Shown here piece by piece: positions 1-8,718 of a stretch of DNA of 39,196 nt. The notes beneath the pieces were generated by a model. That model saw nothing but the letters and a program-made list of their open reading frames with translations, did not search any database and was not told the origin of the DNA. The DNA lies in contig JBECUI020000066.1 in assembly GCA_040954595.2 (NCBI GenBank), forward strand, positions 1-39,196, in the 5' to 3' direction. This DNA comes from Balanoglossus misakiensis (lineage: Eukaryota; Animalia; Hemichordata). How positions within the stretch are numbered: position 1 is the first letter of the stretch; every line of letters starts with the position of its first letter. The position numbers and the translations under genes are program-made.

Positions 1-642
1 GATCGCGCAGGCAGGCTAATCGACACCCAGGAGTTTATTAATCTGACGTTCCCAATTCATCGCTTCTTAGAAGGGTTATTAAATGAATTACTTGAGAATG
101 CTTCTCGTAGTGTACGTAGGGAAGGAGACACCTTAATACTAGGGCGTGTCTATGTAGAGCGACGCGTAAAACCGCTAAACTTATATATCCATGAATCTTC
201 CGCTCAGGATTCGGTGCATGCCATTATTGATTATGGCTACGCGATAAAGGACCTTGCTCAGACCAATATTTTTACAGGAGATTTATTGCTAAAAAATTTT
301 GGTGTGACACAACACAGCAGGGTAATTTTTTATGATTATGACGAGGTGTCACTCATCACTGACTGCAACTTTCGCGATATCCCGCAGTCGGGTCATTCCG
401 AAGACGAGTTGTCGGCGGAGGCTTGGTATTATGTTGGAGAGAATGATATTTTCCCGGAGGAATTCATCCGCTTTTTGTCTATAGATGATCGGCTCAAGAC
501 GGCGTTTTTGAAATATCACCATGATCTATTGACATCCGGGTATTGGCGTAAGGTGCAAGAAAAACATGTGAAAGGAGAAGTATCTTTGGTTGTTCCTTAT
601 ACTTCAACAGGCATACAAATAGATCAATCCCGTAGCATTTAA
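1..642 (+). CDS. aceK: Isocitrate dehydrogenase kinase/phosphatase, 5'-truncated by window edge
   Basis: Frame open from base 1: DRAGRLIDTQEF...YVERRVKPLNLY...YGYAIKDLAQTNIFTGDLLLKNFGVT..RVIFYDYDE..NFRDIP..WYYVGENDIFPEEF, matching the AceK C-terminal kinase region. Confidence 0.95.
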   Translation, partial: DRAGRLIDTQEFINLTFPIHRFLEGLLNELLENASRSVRREGDTLILGRVYVERRVKPLNLYIHESSAQDSVHAIIDYGYAIKDLAQTNIFTGDLLLKNFGVTQHSRVIFYDYDEVSLITDCNFRDIPQSGHSEDELSAEAWYYVGENDIFPEEFIRFLSIDDRLKTAFLKYHHDLLTSGYWRKVQEKHVKGEVSLVVPYTSTGIQIDQSRSI

Positions 643-681
643 TCTTAAATCTTTAAGGACCGGGCAAGAGGAGACAGGGCC

Positions 682-1809
682 ATGAAATTTATTGACTTGC
701 AAAGGCAATATCAGGAAATGGAGCAGGAGATACAAAACGCCATTAACACGGTGTTGCATCATAGCCAATATGTGTTGGGCCCCGAGGTAGAGGAGCTTGA
801 GCAACGCTTGGCAGAATATGTTGGTGTTTGGCATGCGATGACTTGCGCAAATGGGACAGATGCTTTGATTCTTGCGCTTCGCGCGCTTGGCATCCAAAGA
901 GGAGAGGCCGTCTTTACAACGACTTTTACTTTCTTTTCGACTGCCGAAGCAATCGCAGCATTAGGGGCAATCCCTGTATTTGTTGATATTGATCCGATTA
1001 CTTTTAATCTCTCACCGGATTGTCTCCTTGAGAAGATAAAAGAGGTTAACAGCAAGAAAGAGATAACCCCAAGAGCCATCCTTGCCGTGGATTTATTTGG
1101 GCAGCCCTGCAATTACACAAGGATTGTTGATATCGCAAAGCAATATAATTTATTTGTTATTGAGGACGCGGCACAATCTATGGGAGCAACATATTGCAAT
1201 GGAAAAAAGGCATGTTCCTTTGGCGATATAGCGACCACTAGCTTCTTTCCTGCCAAGCCCCTTGGGTGTTATGGCGACGGAGGCGCTGTCTTTACAAATC
1301 GCAACGATATAAAAGAAAAAATTATTTCTTTAAGAAACCATGGAGAGCATGGGAAGGGCACTCGTTTTCAGCATGACGATTTAGGCTATAACTCTAGGCT
1401 TGATACCCTGCAGGCGGCCATTCTTTTGGTGAAGTTAAAGCGGTTTGACGATGAAATCGCGGCTCGACAAAACATCGCAGATTTTTATCACCATGCCTTG
1501 CAAGCACATTTTCAAACGCCTTCTGTTTTATCGGGGGCGACCTCTGCTTGGGCGCAATATTCTCTCATCCCTTTAGAGGGATGCCGCAGCCCGATATTAG
1601 AGGCCTTAGAAAAGAATCACATTCCTTTTGGGGTGTACTATCCTATCCCCCTTCATTTACAACGGGCTTTTTCTTATCTATCCTATAGGGAGGGAGATTT
1701 TCCTGTTTCCGAAGAGATCTCCAAGAAGATTTTCAGCGTGCCTATGCATCCTTATTTATCACAAGAGGAACAGACTAAAATTGTGGCAGCTTTGGAATCA
1801 TCATTTTAG
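682..1809 (+). CDS. DegT/DnrJ/EryC1/StrS PLP-dependent sugar aminotransferase (GnnB/WbpE-like)
   Basis: MKFIDL start, ANGTDAL, IEDAAQS, TSFFPAKPLGCYGDGG (PLP lysine), NSRLDTLQAAIL; GAGGAG RBS upstream. Confidence 0.93.
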   Translation: MKFIDLQRQYQEMEQEIQNAINTVLHHSQYVLGPEVEELEQRLAEYVGVWHAMTCANGTDALILALRALGIQRGEAVFTTTFTFFSTAEAIAALGAIPVFVDIDPITFNLSPDCLLEKIKEVNSKKEITPRAILAVDLFGQPCNYTRIVDIAKQYNLFVIEDAAQSMGATYCNGKKACSFGDIATTSFFPAKPLGCYGDGGAVFTNRNDIKEKIISLRNHGEHGKGTRFQHDDLGYNSRLDTLQAAILLVKLKRFDDEIAARQNIADFYHHALQAHFQTPSVLSGATSAWAQYSLIPLEGCRSPILEALEKNHIPFGVYYPIPLHLQRAFSYLSYREGDFPVSEEISKKIFSVPMHPYLSQEEQTKIVAALESSF

Positions 1810-1854
1810 TCTTTTCTTGGGCGACTAAATACATAATAACCATTTAGGAGGTTT

Positions 1855-2889
1855 ATGCTTAATTTTGCTGTCATTGGCTGTGGATATTGGGGGCCTAATC
1901 TTATCAGGGCACTTTCTTGGAATCCCGCAACGAATGTGCGATGTGCGTGCGATTTGATACAGGAGAGAGTAGAGAAGTCAAAGAAACTATTTCCGAATAT
2001 TGAAAAAGTAACGGTTGATTATCGGGATATTCTTACAGACCCTTCTATAGATGCGGTAGTGGTGACCACGCCTGCAAATACTCACTATCATCTATGCAAA
2101 TCTTTGCTGGAGGCAGGCAAGCATGTTTTAGTAGAAAAACCCATCACGACCTCGCCTCAAGAGGCAGAGGAATTAATAGCAATCGCAAAGAAAAAGAATC
2201 TGACCTTCATGGTAGATCACATTCTGGTGTATGCGGGGTTCACGCAGAAAATAAAGGAAATTATTGATTCAGGAGAACTAGGCGAGCTATATTACTATGA
2301 TGCTACCCGCATCAATTTAGGTCTTTTTCAAAGCGACATTAATGTGATGTGGGATTTGGCATGTCATGAGCTTTCCATACTGCTTTATCTTTTCCCCGAT
2401 GAGAGTTTTGACGCAATTCATGCTGTCGGAGAGAAGCACGCCAATTCCAAACTGGAGAATATCGTTTACCTGTCTTTAATGAACAGGAAGTCGCGATTGT
2501 TTCATATTCATGTGAACTGGTTATCCCCTATCAAGTCGAGGCGGATCATAATTAGCGGAAGCAAGAAGATGATCTTGTGTGACGAGATGGAGCCCATTGA
2601 GAAGGTAAAGATTTTTGACCGTGGCGTGGATATAAAGTTTACAGCCGAAGACAACCCGTTTTTTTATCGGACAGGGGACATGTATGCCCCTATGATAGAA
2701 GCAACCGATTACCTAAAGGTAGAGATAGATCATTTCGTAGACTGCATCAATACAGGTAAGCGCCCAATTACAGACGGTGAGTTTGGGCTTAGGGTTGTTA
2801 AGATTATGGAAGTAGCGCAACGATACATGGACGACAATTACCGTAAATTACACGACCCTAATCGCGATCCAGCCATACTTTCCTGTTAA
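1855..2889 (+). CDS. Gfo/Idh/MocA NAD-dependent oxidoreductase (GnnA/WbpB-like sugar 3-dehydrogenase)
   Basis: Rossmann VIGCGYWG, GKHVLVEKP, WDLACHE; AGGAGG RBS immediately upstream. Confidence 0.9.
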   Translation: MLNFAVIGCGYWGPNLIRALSWNPATNVRCACDLIQERVEKSKKLFPNIEKVTVDYRDILTDPSIDAVVVTTPANTHYHLCKSLLEAGKHVLVEKPITTSPQEAEELIAIAKKKNLTFMVDHILVYAGFTQKIKEIIDSGELGELYYYDATRINLGLFQSDINVMWDLACHELSILLYLFPDESFDAIHAVGEKHANSKLENIVYLSLMNRKSRLFHIHVNWLSPIKSRRIIISGSKKMILCDEMEPIEKVKIFDRGVDIKFTAEDNPFFYRTGDMYAPMIEATDYLKVEIDHFVDCINTGKRPITDGEFGLRVVKIMEVAQRYMDDNYRKLHDPNRDPAILSC

Positions 2890-2891
2890 TA

Positions 2892-4043
2892 ATGAAGGTC
2901 ATGGTAATTGCCGGAGAACTCTCCGGAGATTTTCATGGAGGAAGGGTCTTAGAGGAATTAAAGCGATATGACCCCGACCTTGAGATTATAGGGACAGGCG
3001 GCAATCATATCCGCAAGGTAGCCAGCAAGGAACTCTTTTACGATATAAAGGAATTGGAGGCTATCGGGCTTTGGGAGGTCTTATCTCGCTATTTTTACTA
3101 TCGGCATATTTTTTCTACTCTTGTGCAAAAAATGGACGCAGAGAAACCCGATGCCGTTTTTTTAGTGGATTATGCAGAGGGAAATTTACGTTTTGCAAAG
3201 GAGGCAAAAAAAAGAGGCATTCATGTATTCTTTTATATTGCACCTCAAGTCTGGGCTTGGAGAAAAAGAAGGATTTTTAGGATTAAGAAATATGTAGATG
3301 ATCTGATTACGCTTTTTCCTTTCGAGGTGGACTTTTTTAGACGGGAGGCAGATATGAAGGCGCACTGTTTTGGACACCCTCTTTTGGATGTTACAAAACC
3401 CTCTCGGCATAAGGCAAGTTTATTTCAAGAATGGGGATTGGACCCATCTAAAAAAACGATCGCTTTGTTGTATGGAAGCAGAAGGATAGAAATGCAAAGG
3501 CATTTCGATATTTTTTTGCAAACGGTCAAGATATTATCTTCGTCTTTTTATGGTGAGTTGCAGTTCATTTTTTCTTTGGCGTCTACCTTTCAAAAAGAAG
3601 AGCTTGCCCATAAGGTGAAAGATATTGATTGTCCCATTAGGATTGTTTCGGAAGATACTTGTAATGCGGTCGGGCATGCCGATCTTGCGATTGTTGCTTC
3701 AGGGACTGCGACTCTGGAGACGGCGATTTTAGATGTCCCTTTAATCATTGTATATAAAACCTCTTTTCTTACTTATTTTATTGGGAAATATATTTTAGGA
3801 GTAGGCATGGTAGGGTTGCCCAATATTATTTACGGCAAAGAGATTGTGCCCGAAATGCTACAGGGTGACATGACCCCCGAGAAACTTGCAAACAAAGCGA
3901 TTAGTTTATTGCAGGACGAACAGGAATACGCCAAGATGAAGCGCAATCTTACCCAATTAAGGGCACGGCTCGGAACACAAGGCGCATACAAAAAGACAGC
4001 TCAATTTTTACACCAAAGACTTACGGCGCTTGCACAGTGTTAA
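2892..4043 (+). CDS. lpxB: Lipid-A-disaccharide synthase
   Basis: IAGELSGDFHG, YIAPQVWAWR, LFPFE, GHPL, GSRRIE, ASGTATLE, GLPNII motifs. Confidence 0.95.
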   Translation: MKVMVIAGELSGDFHGGRVLEELKRYDPDLEIIGTGGNHIRKVASKELFYDIKELEAIGLWEVLSRYFYYRHIFSTLVQKMDAEKPDAVFLVDYAEGNLRFAKEAKKRGIHVFFYIAPQVWAWRKRRIFRIKKYVDDLITLFPFEVDFFRREADMKAHCFGHPLLDVTKPSRHKASLFQEWGLDPSKKTIALLYGSRRIEMQRHFDIFLQTVKILSSSFYGELQFIFSLASTFQKEELAHKVKDIDCPIRIVSEDTCNAVGHADLAIVASGTATLETAILDVPLIIVYKTSFLTYFIGKYILGVGMVGLPNIIYGKEIVPEMLQGDMTPEKLANKAISLLQDEQEYAKMKRNLTQLRARLGTQGAYKKTAQFLHQRLTALAQC

Positions 4044-4112
4044 TGTAAGTTGATCTTAAGACCATGGCTGTGCCTCATTGGGCGCGCCTGCTTAATTGAC
4101 ACGCAGCACACT

Positions 4113-4385
4113 TCATATATTGATGGGGCTTGCGGCACGTTTGATAAAAAAGCGGTAAACATCATGGTGGTTTTCTGACTTGATGATGGTGTGTTTGGTG
4201 CGCGCGCAATAGGCCTCGAAATCCACTTGGGAATGAGGGTCGGTTGCCTCTACGAAGAGCACGTCACCGGCCTGCATCTTATTTAGCAATACTTTAGTCT
4301 TTAGGATAGGTAAGGGGCAGTTCAAGCCTTTGGTATCAAGGTATTGATCAAACTTGGGTTGTTCATTTTGCTTTACCATAAACAC
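4113..4385 (-). CDS. tusA: TusA/SirA-family sulfur carrier protein
   Basis: LDTKGLNCPLPILKTK (CPxP) and ATDP motif, ~90 aa. Confidence 0.88.
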   Translation of the reverse strand: MFMVKQNEQPKFDQYLDTKGLNCPLPILKTKVLLNKMQAGDVLFVEATDPHSQVDFEAYCARTKHTIIKSENHHDVYRFFIKRAASPINI

Positions 4386-4428
4386 ACATGCACAGAGATT
4401 ATTTGCTTAGCCAAGGCAGGCCTTCATG

Positions 4429-5238
4429 TTAGTTGATCCCCAATAAAATCTCACCCCGATTTAATTCTACCAAATCGCCGCACCATCGTTCAAAAGAACA
4501 GTCCGACAATGAAGCGCTAACAGGATAATCCATAGCACTTAAGTATCTAAAGTAGTGCTTTAGAAAGGTAGGCCGGTAGATACAGCTACGAGTAAATGTA
4601 GGCAACATCTCTGCTTTATTTGGGCAAATGATAGAGCCGCGTTTCATCCCTGCGCCGTTTCTTATACCCATATTGCCCAATACGATAATGGTGCCGGCAA
4701 GCATATTGACCCCGGTAAAATCGCCCGTATCACCGCCTATCACAATTAAGCCTCGCCGCATAACGTTCCCTGTTTCATTCTTAACGTTGCCATGGATAAT
4801 TATCTCGCCGCCTTGCATGCCGACGGTACTGCCACGATAACCGCTGCCTGTCATATGCCCTGCATTACCTTTGACTATCACTTTGCCGCCTTGCATTTCT
4901 GCGCCTAGCCAGTCTGTGGCATTTCCTTCGATCACAATCTCGCCGCCTCGCATGGCGGCGCCGACGTGCATGCCGATATCGCCCTCAATTGTAATCTTGC
5001 CGCACGACATAGCGGTACCGACATGCTTTACTCTGCCTAGGTCGCCTTGCAAGATGATATCGCCATCAAAATTACCGCGACAATCAAAAAATTCGCCCAG
5101 CGGCACTTGTTCATTGCCGTGGAATACATCAAGACAGGTAATTTGCTTATGGCTTAGAGATTGCAGTTTATCTGGGCAGATACACTCTGCCTCTAAGGGG
5201 ACTTCAGGTTGGGTGTGTAGTTTAAGTGTAAGTGGCAT
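4429..5238 (-). CDS. fhcC: Formyltransferase/hydrolase complex subunit C (FwdC/FmdC homolog)
   Basis: Repeated GxxMxGGxIxIxGN beta-helix; VPLEAECICPD N-terminus and GEIL C-terminus. Confidence 0.92.
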   Translation of the reverse strand: MPLTLKLHTQPEVPLEAECICPDKLQSLSHKQITCLDVFHGNEQVPLGEFFDCRGNFDGDIILQGDLGRVKHVGTAMSCGKITIEGDIGMHVGAAMRGGEIVIEGNATDWLGAEMQGGKVIVKGNAGHMTGSGYRGSTVGMQGGEIIIHGNVKNETGNVMRRGLIVIGGDTGDFTGVNMLAGTIIVLGNMGIRNGAGMKRGSIICPNKAEMLPTFTRSCIYRPTFLKHYFRYLSAMDYPVSASLSDCSFERWCGDLVELNRGEILLGIN

Positions 5239-5250
5239 AGCAGGAAGTCT

Positions 5251-6144
5251 CTAATTTTTTCCAAGTAGTGCGTGCAGGCTGATCTTGTGCTGTCCAAGAT
5301 GCCCCCCATAGTTGCCTGCCGAAATTTTTTTAATACCCGGCTTAGCGGCGGCTTTTATGCCAAGCTGCATGGCCTCTTCAATGGCCTTTAGGGTAAGCCC
5401 ATCGATGATGATTTCAAGCACGCTATTTATCTCTTTATCAAACGCAACGTCTTTTGCTACGCCATTTAATGTGGGGCAATAGGCCTCATTGGTGGAGGCG
5501 ATCAAGGATTTATATTTGGAGCCGACCTTGCTGCCGCTACGTGCAACCCCGTTTGGGAAGGGCAAGATAATATCAGGCACCGCCCGCATTGCCTTAACCG
5601 CCGCTGTCGCTGCTCTTAAGGTAGCTTTTAGGGTCTTGCCCATTATCAATAAATTGCCACCACCTATTGCCTCTTGCGCGTTAAACATGTCTTCAACTAA
5701 AAATTCACCATCCATAACCGGAATCCGCCAGAATTTTGTTTGCCCGATTACTTTACTCATTTGATAACCATCGCCAAAATAACGTAAACGCCCACCGACA
5801 CTCACTGCATGACCTTGCGCAATGCCATTATAGCAAGCTGTAGTCGGGCAAGTCATAACGCATTGACCGATGCGCTCCATTAGGCGCTCTCCCAAGCCCT
5901 TAATGCTTGTGGTAAATAATAACACGCTCACCCCCGGACGCAGGTCGGGCGATATCTCGGCAGGGATTTCTTTTTCTATCCCCGCCTCACATTTACAGGC
6001 AATCACAGAGGTTGCAAAGCCGGTTATTGAACGTGCCGCAGCCATAGCCCACGTGCTTGTCTCGGCCGTTATGATGATGCGGCTGCCGTACATGTTAAAT
6101 GCTTCGGCAAATGTATCTTCAATTTCCGTTGATTTTATCTTCAT
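5251..6144 (-). CDS. fhcD: Formylmethanofuran:tetrahydromethanopterin formyltransferase (Ftr/FhcD)
   Basis: IEDTFAEAF, TGFATSVIACKCEAGIE, RIGQCVMTCPTTACY, RSGSKVGSKY, ISAGNYGG; 4-bp overlap with fhcA. Confidence 0.96.
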   Translation of the reverse strand: MKIKSTEIEDTFAEAFNMYGSRIIITAETSTWAMAAARSITGFATSVIACKCEAGIEKEIPAEISPDLRPGVSVLLFTTSIKGLGERLMERIGQCVMTCPTTACYNGIAQGHAVSVGGRLRYFGDGYQMSKVIGQTKFWRIPVMDGEFLVEDMFNAQEAIGGGNLLIMGKTLKATLRAATAAVKAMRAVPDIILPFPNGVARSGSKVGSKYKSLIASTNEAYCPTLNGVAKDVAFDKEINSVLEIIIDGLTLKAIEEAMQLGIKAAAKPGIKKISAGNYGGHLGQHKISLHALLGKN

Positions 6145-7787
6145 GATTTATGAGACCTCATAGGGATGATTTCATGCTGATGCAGATAGCTATCCGCAAC
6201 CGCATAATTTGCAAACTCAATAGAATAATAATCCTCAAAGAAGGGTTGTATAACTGTCTCAATACTCTTTTCGTATGCTGGGGTGACGTGTAATAGTTTG
6301 CCGGTAAAATCATTTCTAAATTCAAAATCTTCAATGATTATGTTGCCTGATTTAATGACATAGCGTGGCGCGTTAAACATCATTTCTTTGTCTTCCATAT
6401 CATCATAGAGGGTCAGATCTGCATCGGCACCTATTGCCAGGTGTCCTTTATGTTCTAGCCCTAATGCTCGGGCTGGGCCTGCGCGGGTGATGATAGCGAT
6501 CTCGTTTAAGGTATATTCACGGTCTAAATCAGGCAATATACAATGGTTAAGGGCCTTTTGATTGATGCGTTTTATTTCCTCATAACGAAACGATTTATCC
6601 ATCAGCAGTTTGATGAGTTTAGGGTAGCTCATAAATGATCCTCCATTAGGATGATCGGTTGACAATACAACCCGCCAAGGGTCTTTTGAAAGGAGAAAGA
6701 GCTCAAGACCGACAGCCCATTGCAGGCTGTGTACATAGCTGTGTTCTTGATAGGAAAACGGGACAATGCCGCAACCGCTTTCGCACTCGGTATCAATGTT
6801 TACCCACTTTGCCTTACTGTATCCTTTAAGGGTATAAGCAAGCGGCGCATCTGCCGTCATAATCGTGGCTTTGCCGAACATGACTTGCCCAACATCACAG
6901 GTGATATTGGGGTGCCCATCAATATATTCCATAATCTCTGCTGCCTTTGAAGTAGGATTCTTTCCCAATTCGCCGCCGTAACTATGAAATTGTATATGTG
7001 CTATGTGGGCACGCAAGCCTTCTGCTGTTTTCATCGTCTCTAAGGTTGTTTTGTAATTATTGCTCTGTCCGAGATTATTACAATGAATATGAGGAGGATG
7101 AGGGTAGGAAAATTTGTTTAGGGTTGCAATAAAGGCCTGAATAATCTGCCGTGGTGTAAGCCCGCTGTCTGATTTTTCATCGATATTGGAAACATTCGCA
7201 TTTTTTTTGCCCTTCCACGGTTCATCGCCGCCCGGATTGACCAATTTAGCAGTGTATGCCTTTGTTACATTAATCCACCAAGCCACCGCTTGCTCAAATT
7301 CTGCTGTGCGTTTTTCAATCAGTAATTTTTGCAGAAAAATGTTGTTGCCTAGTAATACATAGAAGCCCTTATCAATAATCGGTGTATCGTGGAATTCCTC
7401 TAGGGCATGGCGCGCACCGATAGGAGGCACTGCCGCTTCCATTGCCGTTGTGTAGCCCAAAGTAGCGTAGCGGTAGCCGGTGGTAAATGTAGAGGGTACT
7501 GTGCCGCCTGCCCCTGATCGCATGAAAGGCGCAGGAGAATAGACGTCACGGCGGTGGTCTTCGGGCTGGAGTTTTCTTGCCACATTTACCTTAGGTCCTG
7601 CGATATGACAATGGATATCAACCCCGCCCGGCATAATCACCATGCCTTGCGCATCAATAACGACAGCATCGTCTGCTACTGTACCGACGATCTTTCCTTT
7701 TTTAATGCAGATTTCTTTTATCTCACCGTCAACGTCATTTTTTGGGTCATAGACCCTACCATTTTTAATGCGTATTTCGGATTCCAC
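6141..7787 (-). CDS. fhcA: Formyltransferase/hydrolase complex subunit A (FwdA/FmdA amidohydrolase homolog)
   Basis: PGGVDIHCHIAG (HxH), KLVNPGG, HIHCNNLG, HIQFHSYG, STDHPNGG, ITRAGPARALG; GTG start with AAGGAGG RBS. Confidence 0.95.
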   Translation of the reverse strand: MESEIRIKNGRVYDPKNDVDGEIKEICIKKGKIVGTVADDAVVIDAQGMVIMPGGVDIHCHIAGPKVNVARKLQPEDHRRDVYSPAPFMRSGAGGTVPSTFTTGYRYATLGYTTAMEAAVPPIGARHALEEFHDTPIIDKGFYVLLGNNIFLQKLLIEKRTAEFEQAVAWWINVTKAYTAKLVNPGGDEPWKGKKNANVSNIDEKSDSGLTPRQIIQAFIATLNKFSYPHPPHIHCNNLGQSNNYKTTLETMKTAEGLRAHIAHIQFHSYGGELGKNPTSKAAEIMEYIDGHPNITCDVGQVMFGKATIMTADAPLAYTLKGYSKAKWVNIDTECESGCGIVPFSYQEHSYVHSLQWAVGLELFLLSKDPWRVVLSTDHPNGGSFMSYPKLIKLLMDKSFRYEEIKRINQKALNHCILPDLDREYTLNEIAIITRAGPARALGLEHKGHLAIGADADLTLYDDMEDKEMMFNAPRYVIKSGNIIIEDFEFRNDFTGKLLHVTPAYEKSIETVIQPFFEDYYSIEFANYAVADSYLHQHEIIPMRSHKS

Positions 7788-7798
7788 TTGTTCTTCCC

Positions 7799-7814
7799 TC
7801 CTTATGCATAAGGA
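7799..7814. promoter_or_regulatory. Perfect 16-bp palindrome TCCTTATGCATAAGGA overlapping the fhcA RBS
   Basis: Read directly; lies in the 78-bp divergent gap, next to tandem TATAAT at 7822 and 7829. Confidence 0.5.
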
Positions 7815-7865
7815 ATTTTTTTATAATCTATAATGTCTTCCTAGGATAATCGTCTACCCATAGAT

Positions 7866-8702
7866 ATGGATCAATACGCGCTACTACTTGCTAGGAATGA
7901 AGCATCACTAAGGATGTTGGTTTTTATTATATTGTTATTATTTTTTACTGCTCTTGAGATTATTATACCGAAACTAAAGTCCAGCGGTTCCAGTCAACCA
8001 AGGTGGCGCAATAACTTGCTGTTATTGATAACGAACTCTGTCGCAGTTCGTCTCATACTCCCACTTAGCACATTTGAAATTGCCTTATTTGCTTCTACAA
8101 AGGAGATAGGACTTTTTCATTTTATCACATTACCGTTTTATCTTAATGTAATACTTACTTTGATTGTGTTTGATCTTCTCATTTATATACAGCATGTCTT
8201 TTGTCATCGTTTTGTCCCGTTATGGCGCATACATCGGGTGCATCATACCGACCTTGAGTTTGATGTTACGACAGGGGTACGGTTCCATCCTTTTGAGATA
8301 TTGTTATCCTTGCTTTATAAAAGCGTTGCAATATGTTTAATTGGTCCGCAGGCAGCAGCGATTGTCCTCTATGAAATTATGTTAAACGGGGCCGCATTAT
8401 TTACGCACAGCAATATCCGCTTAAGCCGCAGAGCGGACTCCTTGTTAAGGTTGATTATTGTCACCCCCGACATGCACCGCATACATCATTCGGCGTTGCA
8501 AAAAGAGACAGACAGCAACTATGGCAATCTATTATCGGTATGGGACAAGCTATTTGGAACTTATCGGAGTTCATCCGCATCCACCGGCAAGGAAATGGTC
8601 ATTGGCTTAAAAGAATTTCGTTCTTCCTCATCGCTGCGGTTTTTTAATCTGCTAAAACTCCCCTTTATTTCCGAAAGCGACAACAAGGCATCGTCCGTTT
8701 AA
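7866..8702 (+). CDS. Sterol desaturase / fatty acid hydroxylase superfamily membrane protein
   Basis: His boxes HVFCH, HRVHH, HSN, HRIHH, plus RFHPFE and NYGNLLSVWDKLFGTY; several TM segments. Confidence 0.9.
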   Translation: MDQYALLLARNEASLRMLVFIILLLFFTALEIIIPKLKSSGSSQPRWRNNLLLLITNSVAVRLILPLSTFEIALFASTKEIGLFHFITLPFYLNVILTLIVFDLLIYIQHVFCHRFVPLWRIHRVHHTDLEFDVTTGVRFHPFEILLSLLYKSVAICLIGPQAAAIVLYEIMLNGAALFTHSNIRLSRRADSLLRLIIVTPDMHRIHHSALQKETDSNYGNLLSVWDKLFGTYRSSSASTGKEMVIGLKEFRSSSSLRFFNLLKLPFISESDNKASSV

Positions 8703-8718
8703 GCAATTCGTTTTTGAT

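Noticed and set aside
643-4065. Direct repeats flanking the lpxB block (ATCTTTAAGGACC vs ATCTTAAGACC)
   Set aside because: Short, gapped and AT-rich; consistent with chance
4429-7787. Methanogenesis or archaeal origin from the fwd/ftr homologs
   Set aside because: Context (lpxB, T2SS, aceK) is Gram-negative bacterial and the A-D-C gene order matches the bacterial Fhc complex
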